NCBI GenBank assembly: GCA_016839555.1
Contig: JAEOUA010000010.1
Location: 64,001 to 128,000 of the forward strand
Length of the DNA: 64,000 nt
Direction: 5' to 3'
From: Promethearchaeota archaeon
GTDB taxonomy: Archaea; Asgardarchaeota; Lokiarchaeia; Sigyniarchaeales; SOKP01
The translations under genes were made by a program, and so were the position numbers. Under the pieces are notes generated by a model that did not search any database, was not told the DNA's origin, and saw only the letters and a program-made list of their open reading frames with translations. Shown one piece after another: positions 41,130 through 50,813 of the stretch (position 1 is its first letter; each line of letters begins with the position of its first letter).

Positions 41130-42020
41130 TTATTTATGCAGTTTTAATAAAAATTCGGCAAGCTTCCATTGTTTTCGAATATTATCATAGACATTTTGCT
41201 GGCTTTCTTGTAAATAATTTTTGAAAGTATCCCAATCTTTTTTATTTTCTTCAGATGTCTCTTTTATAATATCATATAGTTGTTCAAATTCATTGACAAA
41301 AATTAGCTCGTCGCTCGTCCTATTTGCATGCTCAGAAAGGAGAAAAATATAATATTTACTAAGTTCTTCGGGATCCATTATACCTGGACCAGCATTTCCA
41401 TCTCCTGCCTTATCTCCTCTTAATAACTGAGTATCAACCATTGTCGGAAGAACTGTATTAAAATTAATATTTTCACGTCGATATTCTAATGCTACAGCTC
41501 TTTGAAATCCAACTACAGCATATTTTGAAGCAGTATACGCTGTGAATCTTGGCATAGCATTAGGATAAGCAGCACTCCCAGTAATAATAAATCTCGCTTT
41601 ATCGTTTTTATCATCTTTTTTCAATAAATCATATGCTGCCTTAAATGTATAAAACACTCCATCCACATTGACATCCATTATGAAAGCAAATTTTTCTGGG
41701 GTAAATTTATGGGTATCATATCTCCCTGATGCGCCAGCGTTAGCAATTACACCATTTAATTCTCCTAGCTCATTATGAAAATAATTAAATAATTCTTCTA
41801 CTTCAGAATAATTTGTGATATCAGCAGTCTTGAGGGAAACTTTAACATCTGGATTAATATTTTTTATTCGTTCTTTTGTTTCCTTTAATTCTTCAAAGGT
41901 TCGTGAAGTTATACCTATATTTGCACCTTCTTTTGCGCAAGCTTTCGCAATTTCTCTCCCAATACCCCTTCCAGAGCCCGTGATCACAATATTTTTATCT
42001 TTTAATAACATTACACTCAC
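41130..42020 (-). CDS. Short-chain dehydrogenase/reductase
   Basis: TGSGRGIG, NAG, YTASK, PTMVDT. Confidence 0.92.
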   Translation of the reverse strand: MSVMLLKDKNIVITGSGRGIGREIAKACAKEGANIGITSRTFEELKETKERIKNINPDVKVSLKTADITNYSEVEELFNYFHNELGELNGVIANAGASGRYDTHKFTPEKFAFIMDVNVDGVFYTFKAAYDLLKKDDKNDKARFIITGSAAYPNAMPRFTAYTASKYAVVGFQRAVALEYRRENINFNTVLPTMVDTQLLRGDKAGDGNAGPGIMDPEELSKYYIFLLSEHANRTSDELIFVNEFEQLYDIIKETSEENKKDWDTFKNYLQESQQNVYDNIRKQWKLAEFLLKLHK

Positions 42021-42223
42021 TCTTTCTTTAAATTATAGAAATAGCTCTTATCTTATTTCGTATTAATGTACTTAATTTTTTTATAGTAAATAATATTTAG
42101 ATTTATTTTATAAAACTTTTATAGAAATATATTTTCTTTTTCAAAATCTAATATTTTTTTTGCAATATACTATATTCTCTATTAGAAGAGATTAAATAAA
42201 AAGATTAAGTTAAGAAGAAAATT

Positions 42224-42787
42224 ATGGATAAACCAATTGCTAAAGAAATTGATAAGGACGAGGAATGGAGTTATGACTTTTTAGAAGAATTAACAGAGGA
42301 TGTGAAAGAAAATAGAAATATTATACAATGTATATCTTGCGGGAAATGCGTTGGTGAGTGTCCAGCGTCTAAAATTTCTAATTTTAATATAAGGAAAGTT
42401 ATCCAAAAGGTTTTAAAAGGAAATAGAAGCGTATTAAAAGATTCTGATATTTGGTATTGTTTTTTATGTGAGCAATGTAAACGCGTCTGTCCTAAAGAAG
42501 GAATAAATATTCCATTACTTATAATTAATTTAAGAAATGAGTCCTTTAAAAGAGGTTATGGCCCAAAATATAATGATTTAACTAAATATGTGGAAATGTC
42601 TGAAAGATTCTTAACGAGTGGGGTAGTGGTTGATGAGCCATTAGATGGAGTTCTTTCAGAGGATAGAGTCAGGGAATTAGATAAAATATGCGATTTTGCG
42701 AGGATTAAATACGTCTTTAAAGCAAGTGGTAAGAAATTACCCGAAACAAAAGCTAAACATAAAAAATCTTCAAATAAAAAAAAATAG
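42224..42787 (+). CDS. hdrC: Heterodisulfide reductase subunit C-like
   Basis: CISCGKCVGECP and W.CFLCEQCKRVCP; upstream of hdrB. Confidence 0.85.
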   Translation: MDKPIAKEIDKDEEWSYDFLEELTEDVKENRNIIQCISCGKCVGECPASKISNFNIRKVIQKVLKGNRSVLKDSDIWYCFLCEQCKRVCPKEGINIPLLIINLRNESFKRGYGPKYNDLTKYVEMSERFLTSGVVVDEPLDGVLSEDRVRELDKICDFARIKYVFKASGKKLPETKAKHKKSSNKKK

Positions 42788-42831
42788 AGAGATCAATACA
42801 AATTTAAATATCATAGTATAAAAAATAGAAA

Positions 42832-43842
42832 ATGGAAATAGATAATTTAGCATTAAATCTTGATAAAATCAGAAAGGAATATCCGGATAATCCCCTAGAT
42901 TTTTTTAAAGGAAAGCGATTGTGTCTCTTTAAGGCTTGTCTTGAGAAATATTTTCCTGGAGTCCGTTTTGGGATTGAAAATTTATTAGAAACATTGGGAC
43001 TTAAAGTATCGGTGTGCGAAAATCAATCGTGCTGTGCCGGAACTTTTTTTCAGAGGAATTTAATTACGCGAGCTCAATTTGCCGCAATTAATGAGCGAAA
43101 TCTTAATGAAATTAATAAACAGGCAGATATTTTATTAGTAAGTTGTAATGGTTGTTACAATTCTTTATTAAGAGGTAGAGACTTCCTAAAAACTCCAGAA
43201 ATTAGACGAAAAACCCAACAAATATTAGATGGAATAAAAAAAGAGATGGGAGGGGAAAGTTATCCTGGTCAATATAAGATACTTGAAAATCCCAATTTAA
43301 GAATCGTTCATGACTTAGATTTTATTTATTTAATTCGAAAAGAAGTTTTAAATACTTTAAAATATGATTTAAAAGGATTAAAAATTGCGATCCATTATGG
43401 ATGTCATTATTTAAATCTTGAGAGAGATAAAGATATGGAGGCGTATTTAAGAGATTCTTTTAAATTGGAAGAACTCGTAAAACTTTTTGGAGGAGTACCA
43501 GTGGATTATTCTGAGAGAGAAGCATGTTGCGGCTGGGGTGCTTCACAAATTGTTATTCATCCTGAGGAGGCATTACAAGTTACATATAAAAAACTGAAAA
43601 GTGCTGAAAATGTAAATGCTTGCTTTTTATTAATGCCTTGTCCCACTTGCTTGTATACTCTCAGCAAGCCTGAATTTCGAGAAATGATGGGGGAAATGTA
43701 CAATGAAAAGCTGGAAATAGCAACTATACATTTAAATGAATTAATTGCTATTTTAAGGGGTTGTGAAGAAGATCAATGTATTAGTTTAAAAAGAACATCT
43801 CCTCGAATTCATTTAATATATGAAACCCTCACAAAAGAATAA
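42832..43842 (+). CDS. hdrB: Heterodisulfide reductase subunit B-like (two CCG domains)
   Basis: SCCAG...CNGCY; HYGCH...CCGWG...CPTC. Confidence 0.88.
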   Translation: MEIDNLALNLDKIRKEYPDNPLDFFKGKRLCLFKACLEKYFPGVRFGIENLLETLGLKVSVCENQSCCAGTFFQRNLITRAQFAAINERNLNEINKQADILLVSCNGCYNSLLRGRDFLKTPEIRRKTQQILDGIKKEMGGESYPGQYKILENPNLRIVHDLDFIYLIRKEVLNTLKYDLKGLKIAIHYGCHYLNLERDKDMEAYLRDSFKLEELVKLFGGVPVDYSEREACCGWGASQIVIHPEEALQVTYKKLKSAENVNACFLLMPCPTCLYTLSKPEFREMMGEMYNEKLEIATIHLNELIAILRGCEEDQCISLKRTSPRIHLIYETLTKE

Positions 43843-43852
43843 GATACTTAAT

Positions 43853-44105
43853 GTATATATTATAAGGCTATTATCATTTATTGCTGATATTAGAGTTTCC
43901 TTTTTATTAAGATCAAGTTTAATAAATTCTAAATCTTCCTCCATTGATTCTTCTATCTTTATTCCTTTTATAGTATTTTTTCCCTCTAGAATAAATTAAG
44001 AGCTGAGTTAAGATTCAATAAAATTTTTTGCAATGAATTCAAAAATGGTGCGGCAAATTGAATTTCCAATTCTAAAAGTACTTCCAATGGAAAAAATTTT
44101 TTCAT
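43853..44105 (-). pseudogene. Degraded 5' fragment of a Rossmann-fold oxidoreductase (saccharopine dehydrogenase/epimerase-like)
   Basis: With one added A in the A6 run after ATG 44105 it reads MKKIFSIGSTFRIGNSICRTI...ES*LSS*FILEGKNTIKG...LEFIKLDLNKKETLISAINDNSLIIYT. Confidence 0.45.
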
Positions 44106-44434
44106 TTCAATCGAATTAATTATTAGACTATTAAATTTTATCCAATTAAGCATTTTGATAATATTCCATAAATCTCAACATAGAAAAATAATTGAAAAAT
44201 GATATTTTTTTCTAAATACTGAAAAATTATCATATTAAACGCGCCTAATAAATTTTAATTATATAGAGAAAAAAAATTAGATTTAGTTTAATTAATTAAA
44301 ACTTTATTCCATTATGAATTTATAAGAGTAAAAATTTTTTTTTTGAACAAAATTTATAAACTTATAAATTATTATTAAAACAAAATTTACAAAAAAAATA
44401 TAAAATATCTTTATCTTACGAAGGAGGTAAAAAT

Positions 44435-44626
44435 ATGTCAGAAAGAATAAATAATATGACAAAAATTGTCCAATTAATTCTCTTAATAACACTTGTGGTA
44501 GTGGGTGTAATTATAGCAATAGGTTTTATTATACTAAATTTAATTAGGCTACCAGCACTTCTAGAACAAATTGAACAAATGACAACTTATATTATGTTAA
44601 TTTTATTGCTATTCATAACTCCTTAA
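44435..44626 (+). CDS. Small membrane protein (63 aa)
   Basis: Strong GGAGGT SD, hydrophobic helices, downstream long T-tract. Confidence 0.7.
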   Translation: MSERINNMTKIVQLILLITLVVVGVIIAIGFIILNLIRLPALLEQIEQMTTYIMLILLLFITP

Positions 44627-44663
44627 TATATAATCTTGAAAGATCTGGAAATGATCAATCAAG

Positions 44664-44677
44664 TTTTTTTTTTTTTT
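44664..44677 (+). terminator. Archaeal oligo-T terminator-like tract
   Basis: T14 run about 40 bp after the 44626 stop; similar A/T tracts follow many genes here. Confidence 0.45.
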
Positions 44678-44820
44678 AATATATTATACATATCCAAGGA
44701 GTTCTTTTATGAAGTTATGGATTTTCAACTATTTAAATAAGATACTCGGGATTGAAATTAATGAAATACTAATTTTCATTTTTTAGGATTACTAAATAAT
44801 GGAGAAATATTAGAAATCTT

Positions 44821-45219
44821 TCATTTACTCTCTTTTATGGCCCCCCTTGGACAGGAATCGATACAAATTAAACAGCCTATGCATTTATCCTCAGAAAATT
44901 CAATTTCATCATCCTCATTATAATGTAACGCCTCCACTACACAGAGACTCAAGCATGCTCCACAGTGAATGCATAAATCCTTATCTAAAACAACTCTTCC
45001 TTTCTTATTTACTTGGATTTCGTTGCGCATTAAAGATTCTGAAATCTGCTTTGTTTTTTCTTCTGGGATATCTAATAAGAGATTTATGCCTTCTGAGGTA
45101 GTAGAAAATTTTAAAATATTAAAAGAAACCCTATTTTTTAAGATTTCATTAATAATTTTTGAATAGTCATCAATTTTCTTAATTAAATGGAATGGAACAG
45201 TCACGTTTATTATTGTCAT
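44821..45219 (-). CDS. NIL-domain ferredoxin (MA1822-like partner of homocysteine synthase)
   Basis: NIL-like N-terminus plus CIHCGACLSLC and CIGCLICIDSCP; 5 bp downstream of the DUF39 gene. Confidence 0.85.
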   Translation of the reverse strand: MTIINVTVPFHLIKKIDDYSKIINEILKNRVSFNILKFSTTSEGINLLLDIPEEKTKQISESLMRNEIQVNKKGRVVLDKDLCIHCGACLSLCVVEALHYNEDDEIEFSEDKCIGCLICIDSCPRGAIKESK

Positions 45220-45224
45220 TTATA

Positions 45225-46703
45225 TCATCGCCCCAATAGCTCCTCAGAACTAATTATCCCCACAACATAATTTTTATCATCAATCACAGGTAATGCCGAA
45301 ATATCATGTTTTTTCATTTTTCGGGCGGCAACCTCTACGGGTTCATTATCAGATGTTGTGACTACTTTCTTAGTGATAATATCCTCCAATGAATCTTTAT
45401 TTTTAGCGACAGCTTTAGTAATATCAAAACTGGTCACAATTCCTTTTAACTTGTTTTCTCGATCGGTTATGACGATATGATTTATATTTTGATTAATAAT
45501 TTTCTCTGCAACAATTTTAATGTCGCAATCATCATAGCAAATAACAGCTTTCTTTTTTAAGTCTTTGACAAACTTAATTTTATCTGTTTGTCTCATTGGC
45601 TTATATTCTGTATCTATTGGTAAGGTTTTTGCTGGGGGATTTAGGAAAAATTTTCCATTTTCAATCCACTCTTTCAAGTCATTTGCGATTTTTCTCGCAT
45701 TATAGAGTGAAGACATGGATGAACATTTAACTTTTTGCCCGTTTATTTCTATATAACCACTTTTTAATTCTTTATAATTTGTTTTTCCTATTGTTGGTCT
45801 ATCTCGTCGAGGGACACCATAATCAACAATTTCTGTTATAATATTTTCATCTTTAATAGCGGTCTTTTTTGCTAATCCTTCGTTTAGAATTGGTATTGGG
45901 ACACCGACCCCAACAAACATTGATGTTCCATACTTTTCATAATTAACACCCCTTAGATACTCTTTATTCATTTGTTTTAAATCTCCCTTTACAAATAATG
46001 TACCAAAACGTTCTTTAGGATTATGTTGCGTGCCATGTCCCATAATATAACCAACCCCACCTCCCAAAAAGATTCTTGTACCTATTCCAATTGTTTCATA
46101 ATCAGGATCATTCGATAATGGATTTAAACATCCCGCACCACAATAATGTGCATTACCAAAATTTGGAAGTAACTTGCCCATATAGGTGTAGAGGGTTCTA
46201 TCGGTACTATTTACCGCACATACATACCTCTGATAAGCATTTCGAGGATTACATAATATTGCTTGATTTAAATCATCAATTGTAAAATAAGTGTCTATTT
46301 CTCCTAGAGGATAGCAATCTGTTGTGTTTGAAATCCCTCTCAGCCTTATTTGTTTTCCGGATACTAATTCTTCGATAACATTTCCCCCACCGTATTCGAA
46401 TGGTCTTTTATCTGCCATACGTGTCACGCCAATATAACAATCTACGGCGGCATTTCCATGATATGCATGAACTTCATTGAGCCAAAGATGATCAAATTTA
46501 ATTGGAGGATCCGAATGGCCAAAATTAAGGAATGCTCCGGAACTACACATTGGACCAAATGTTCCGGTTGTCACTATATCTATTTCCTCAGCAGCAACCT
46601 TAGGACCACTTTCCTCAACGATTTTGATCATTTCTTCCGCTGTGACTACAACAGCCTCACCGTTTTTTATTTTTTGGTTTATTTCTTTATATGTTTTCGT
46701 CAC
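45225..46703 (-). CDS. L-aspartate semialdehyde sulfurtransferase (DUF39 + CBS pair; MA1821/MJ0100-like)
   Basis: EINQKIKNGEAVVVTAEE, TTGTFGPMCSSGA, TIGIGTRIFLGG, GTQHNP; C-terminal CBS pair. Confidence 0.93.
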   Translation of the reverse strand: MTKTYKEINQKIKNGEAVVVTAEEMIKIVEESGPKVAAEEIDIVTTGTFGPMCSSGAFLNFGHSDPPIKFDHLWLNEVHAYHGNAAVDCYIGVTRMADKRPFEYGGGNVIEELVSGKQIRLRGISNTTDCYPLGEIDTYFTIDDLNQAILCNPRNAYQRYVCAVNSTDRTLYTYMGKLLPNFGNAHYCGAGCLNPLSNDPDYETIGIGTRIFLGGGVGYIMGHGTQHNPKERFGTLFVKGDLKQMNKEYLRGVNYEKYGTSMFVGVGVPIPILNEGLAKKTAIKDENIITEIVDYGVPRRDRPTIGKTNYKELKSGYIEINGQKVKCSSMSSLYNARKIANDLKEWIENGKFFLNPPAKTLPIDTEYKPMRQTDKIKFVKDLKKKAVICYDDCDIKIVAEKIINQNINHIVITDRENKLKGIVTSFDITKAVAKNKDSLEDIITKKVVTTSDNEPVEVAARKMKKHDISALPVIDDKNYVVGIISSEELLGR

Positions 46704-46799
46704 AACATCACCAATTTAATAGTATATTATAATCTATTTTAAGTTAAATAATTATTACCTTAGGAAAAACTAATTCACTTAAAAAGATTTAAATTTTCT

Positions 46800-46838
46800 T
46801 TATGCTTTTGATGCATAATATATTCTTAAAATGCATAA
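46800..46838. promoter_or_regulatory. Tandem palindromic operators between the divergent DUF39 and HTH-CBS genes
   Basis: TTATGC-N7-GCATAA (46800-46818) and ATATTC-N7-GCATAA (46820-46838), 20-bp period. Confidence 0.6.
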
Positions 46839-46855
46839 TGATATTTGAAGCTTAA

Positions 46856-47416
46856 ATGTTGCCTGAATTAGATGAAATTGCACAAAAGAGAAAAAATTTA
46901 AATTTAAGTCAAGAGGAATTAGCCAGAATATGCAATATGACCCAATCTACAATATCAAGAATCGAAAATGGGCTTATAGATCCACCTTATTCGAAAGTCA
47001 AAAAAGTCTTCGAAAAATTAGAAAGTGAAAAAAAAAAGAAAAGTAGTAGTATCTTAAACAATAAGATTGAGGATATTATGACTAAAGAAATTATTTCTAT
47101 ATCTCCTGAAAATAAATTAAAAGACGCAATAGCCCTAATGAGTAAATATAATATTTCTCAATTACCGATTTTCGATAATAATCGTAATTTTGGCAGTATT
47201 ACATCTAAAAAAGCCCAAAAACTTATAATCGGAAATCCTGACCTTTTAAACGTAAAGCTTGCGGACTTGAAAGAGCTATCATTTCCAGAAATTGACAGGG
47301 ATTGGAATTTGAAGCATGTTTCTGATTTGCTAACAAAATACTCGGCAATATTAGTAAAAGAATTTGATAAATATGTCGGAATTATAACAGACGCAGATTT
47401 TTTAAAACTTACATAA
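46856..47416 (+). CDS. XRE-HTH + CBS-pair transcriptional regulator
   Basis: LSQEELA...TQSTISRIENG..DP; CBS motifs ISQLPIF and GIITDAD. Confidence 0.9.
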   Translation: MLPELDEIAQKRKNLNLSQEELARICNMTQSTISRIENGLIDPPYSKVKKVFEKLESEKKKKSSSILNNKIEDIMTKEIISISPENKLKDAIALMSKYNISQLPIFDNNRNFGSITSKKAQKLIIGNPDLLNVKLADLKELSFPEIDRDWNLKHVSDLLTKYSAILVKEFDKYVGIITDADFLKLT

Positions 47417-47492
47417 ATTTGAAAAAATCTACTATTTGAATGTTTTTATATAATTAATAATTAGTTTAATAATATAAAAGGAGGTAAAAAAT

Positions 47493-48011
47493 ATGGAATT
47501 TTATGAAGTTATCCAAAAAAGAAGGAGTTATCGATTTTATGATGAATCACAAATGCCTGAAAAAGAGGCAATTGAGAAAATAATAAATGCCGCTCGATTA
47601 GCACCAACTTGGGCGAATATGCAAGGAGTTCAATATATTATAGTTCAAGAAAAAGATATTGTAAAAAAAATCTGGAAAGCAATTGGTCAAGGGAAAAAAT
47701 TTAATAATGCACCAATGTTTATAATAGGATTTATAGCCGAAAGAGATTCTGGCAAAAATAAAAATGGTGAATTATATTACCCTGTGGATTTTGGCATCTG
47801 CTTTGAACAATTAATTTTAGCTGCTACCGCGGAAGGGCTGGGAACGTGTTGGATAGGGTTTTTTAATGAAGAAAAAATCAAAGAGATTTTACAAATTCCT
47901 GAAAAATATCGTGTTTTAGGTTTAACCCCCTTGGGTTATCCATTAAAACCGAAAGAGGATGAATCTCCTCGAAAGAATATAGAAGAAATGATTCATTGGG
48001 AGAGATTTTAA
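47493..48011 (+). CDS. Nitroreductase family protein
   Basis: KRRSYR, APTWANMQ, LAATAEGLGTCWIG, LGYP. Confidence 0.92.
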   Translation: MEFYEVIQKRRSYRFYDESQMPEKEAIEKIINAARLAPTWANMQGVQYIIVQEKDIVKKIWKAIGQGKKFNNAPMFIIGFIAERDSGKNKNGELYYPVDFGICFEQLILAATAEGLGTCWIGFFNEEKIKEILQIPEKYRVLGLTPLGYPLKPKEDESPRKNIEEMIHWERF

Positions 48012-48064
48012 TAAAATTAGTTGAAGCTTTTTATTAAGTTATTATTTTATTAATAGCTATGGCT

Positions 48065-48334
48065 TTAGCCCCATTCACTTTTATAGCCTGTCCCTCCAGG
48101 AGGCCAAGAAAATTGAATAGCATCTTCCGGACAAATATACCAGCAAGAGGCGCATTCCATACACTCCTCTAGCGTTTTGATGTTGGCTTTCTTATCCACA
48201 ATTTCAAAACAGCCCGCTAAACACACATTTACACAGTTCGCGCATCCAGTACATTTATCCTCATCAATCTTTATAAATTCGCCAGTTCCTTCAATCCATT
48301 CCACACCTGGAAATTTTTCCGAAGTTTTGACCAT
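48065..48334 (-). CDS. FixX-like ferredoxin
   Basis: Two CxxCxxCxxxC motifs; WPPGGTGY...G C-terminus typical of FixX. Confidence 0.85.
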   Translation of the reverse strand: MVKTSEKFPGVEWIEGTGEFIKIDEDKCTGCANCVNVCLAGCFEIVDKKANIKTLEECMECASCWYICPEDAIQFSWPPGGTGYKSEWG

Positions 48335-48347
48335 ACTTTTTTACACC

Positions 48348-50015
48348 TCAGGTATAAACCTCAAATATTGATGGATTAGCTTTATCTACAAAATCTATTA
48401 ATTTATTACTCATTTTATCTGTTATAGGCTTAGTTAATTTTAAAAGTGCAAAATAAATAGGTTCAAAAATCCGTAAGAAGCCTTTTAAAAAAGTATTTAT
48501 GGAGTTCGAAAGGGGTATCATAATCGGTTTAAGAATTTTTTTCAATTTTCGAAGCGCCCTCATTCCTACATCAATCACGCGCATCCAGCGAAGAAATTTT
48601 CTTTCCTTTTTCCTTATTACTTTTGAAAATGAAACTTTATTTAGCCTTTTTCGGGAAAATCCATAGCTCTCATGAAGCCAGTTTTGATAATAGCGAAAAA
48701 ACATTTTAAACCATTTGCTAATAATGGTTGGGTCTTTATTGAGATAAGGGAGGAGTAGTTGCAAGAACGGAGAAATAAAAGAACTTAATGCACCTAATCC
48801 CCAACCATTATGAATATATTTCTTAAGTTTCTTTAAATTATGATCTTCTTGCGCGAAGCGTAAATTATATCGGTTTCTACCAGAAATAGACCATTCTATT
48901 ATGGGATGGCTTCGTATTATAGTCTCATATTTTTTTAGAAATTTTTTTGAAACATCATTCGCCTCTATAGCCTGTATGGCGACCTCAGCTGCAATTTCAG
49001 ATGAAAACCAAGCTGCTGGCACACCATCACATAATTCAGTACTTTCTAATCCCGCAACATCTCCTATTAAAATCATCCCATTAGTCACCATTGGGTTTTT
49101 GCGGAGTTCTTCATTCAATCCCACATAAATTTCGAAGCCCTCCCACATTCTTGCCCGCAAATTAGCCCGTGGGGCAATCAAATCCCTCCACCATGGCAAT
49201 TTTGAAGTAATATTATGATGATATAAATCAAATACCTTTTGTAGATTTGGTATTTTTGCTTGATTGAGCCTTAAGCATTGATCTTGCATAAAATGAAGAC
49301 TATTTCGGTAAGGCCATACCATAAGACCATTTCCATATCCAAGGGGGGGTGCTGCCTTTTGCTCATCCCATCCCCAGCACATCTTAACGGAGTATCCAAA
49401 GATTTTATCAATATCTTTTTTCAGCATGATATAATCGTAAGCATCTGCCAGTGATATAGTTTCTGGAGGATATTTCTCACGCATACCTGCCTTTATGGCC
49501 AACAATCCCTGAGATCCTTCTGCATTTATTATAAGTTTTGCTCTAAATTTTTCACCCTTATCAGTGATTATTCCTTGAATAAAACCATTTTCTTTAATAA
49601 AATTAGTTATAGTTGTCGAAGTATGTAATTCCGCTCCCGCTTCAATCGCTTTTTGCGCTTGCCATTGACAGAATGGTTTACAATAGGTATTATAACCAAA
49701 AGCAATAATCGGGGACAACGGTTTAGGTACTTTGAGGGAATCATCAAGTATAATATCACCTTTCTCTAAATCATTAATAATATAATTATCAATCCCATCA
49801 GAAGGTCTTTCAAATGGAGGATTACCATCTCTGATGAAAGATGGTCCGAATAAAAAGCCATAAAAAGGGATTGTTAAACCAGATATCACTTTATCGCCCA
49901 CATTTTTCGAGCGTTCAAATATGATGGTCTTTAGGCCCGCATCTGCGCAGAGTTTCGCAGCTACAGATCCACCGAATCCCGCTCCTATGACGATAATATC
50001 GTATTCTTCTTCCAT
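48348..50015 (-). CDS. FixC/geranylgeranyl reductase-like flavoprotein
   Basis: GAGFGG, FER...G.K, AEG, IGDVAG...DGV..A..S; upstream of the FixX-like gene. Confidence 0.8.
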   Translation of the reverse strand: MEEEYDIIVIGAGFGGSVAAKLCADAGLKTIIFERSKNVGDKVISGLTIPFYGFLFGPSFIRDGNPPFERPSDGIDNYIINDLEKGDIILDDSLKVPKPLSPIIAFGYNTYCKPFCQWQAQKAIEAGAELHTSTTITNFIKENGFIQGIITDKGEKFRAKLIINAEGSQGLLAIKAGMREKYPPETISLADAYDYIMLKKDIDKIFGYSVKMCWGWDEQKAAPPLGYGNGLMVWPYRNSLHFMQDQCLRLNQAKIPNLQKVFDLYHHNITSKLPWWRDLIAPRANLRARMWEGFEIYVGLNEELRKNPMVTNGMILIGDVAGLESTELCDGVPAAWFSSEIAAEVAIQAIEANDVSKKFLKKYETIIRSHPIIEWSISGRNRYNLRFAQEDHNLKKLKKYIHNGWGLGALSSFISPFLQLLLPYLNKDPTIISKWFKMFFRYYQNWLHESYGFSRKRLNKVSFSKVIRKKERKFLRWMRVIDVGMRALRKLKKILKPIMIPLSNSINTFLKGFLRIFEPIYFALLKLTKPITDKMSNKLIDFVDKANPSIFEVYT

Positions 50016-50289
50016 TATTAAAATATCAGAATAAAAAACCTATTTAATGTTACTAATTGTTTTTTTAGAAATAAATAGTTATAATTCCGAAGATATAAAG
50101 ACATTAAAAATCGATAAGAGCTAAAATTTTATCAAAATAATTTCAAAAAATCCCGACAATAAATACTAATCCTTTTTTCTAGATATCTTCTATAAAAAAA
50201 ATTTTAATCAAAAAAATTTAATCTATTATTTAATCTATGAAATAATCTAATAATAGCTTTAACAATAAAAAAAATAGGAAAAAGATTAG

Positions 50290-50679
50290 TTAAATCAAAA
50301 TGAAATAGAAAAATATTACAAATATTACGTTAACTATAAAGGAAATAATGCCTACAATAATTCCAGCTTTCGCATATCCATTTACTCCTTCCTCTCGAAG
50401 ACTTTTTCTCCCTAAATACACCCCAACCACGCTTAAGGGCCATAAGAAAAAAAAACTAAATATAGAGAGAACCATTGCTGCAATTCCTTTTCGAGGTTTT
50501 CCAGAGGGTCGTGTGGAAGAGAAAATACTGGGATCAAGTTGATATCTGTCTGATTCTGGTTCTTGAGAATTATTCCTTATATAATCTTTTCTTATAACAA
50601 TTTCTTGACATTCAACACAGAGAAAACCTTCTTTGATTTCCTTTCCGCAATGAGCACAATAAGGCATATCGTTAACCAA
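50290..50679 (-). CDS. Zinc-finger + DUF4190-like 2-TM membrane protein
   Basis: CAHCG...CVEC; IAAMVLSI...G...AKAGIIVGII. Confidence 0.75.
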   Translation of the reverse strand: MVNDMPYCAHCGKEIKEGFLCVECQEIVIRKDYIRNNSQEPESDRYQLDPSIFSSTRPSGKPRKGIAAMVLSIFSFFFLWPLSVVGVYLGRKSLREEGVNGYAKAGIIVGIISFIVNVIFVIFFYFILI

Positions 50680-50813
50680 AATTTTTATTAGAAATTATTC
50701 GCAATTAAAATTTTCAATAAATAATTAATTATTTTATTATTCTATAATAAAAAATTTTTATTACTAATTAGATTTTTTTATCTAACTTTAATCAAAAGAG
50801 TACAAAATGAATT

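Noticed and set aside
42224-43842. Selenocysteine (UGA) read-through in Hdr or other redox genes
   Set aside because: No in-frame TGA interrupts a conserved domain, and no SECIS-like hairpin was recognised
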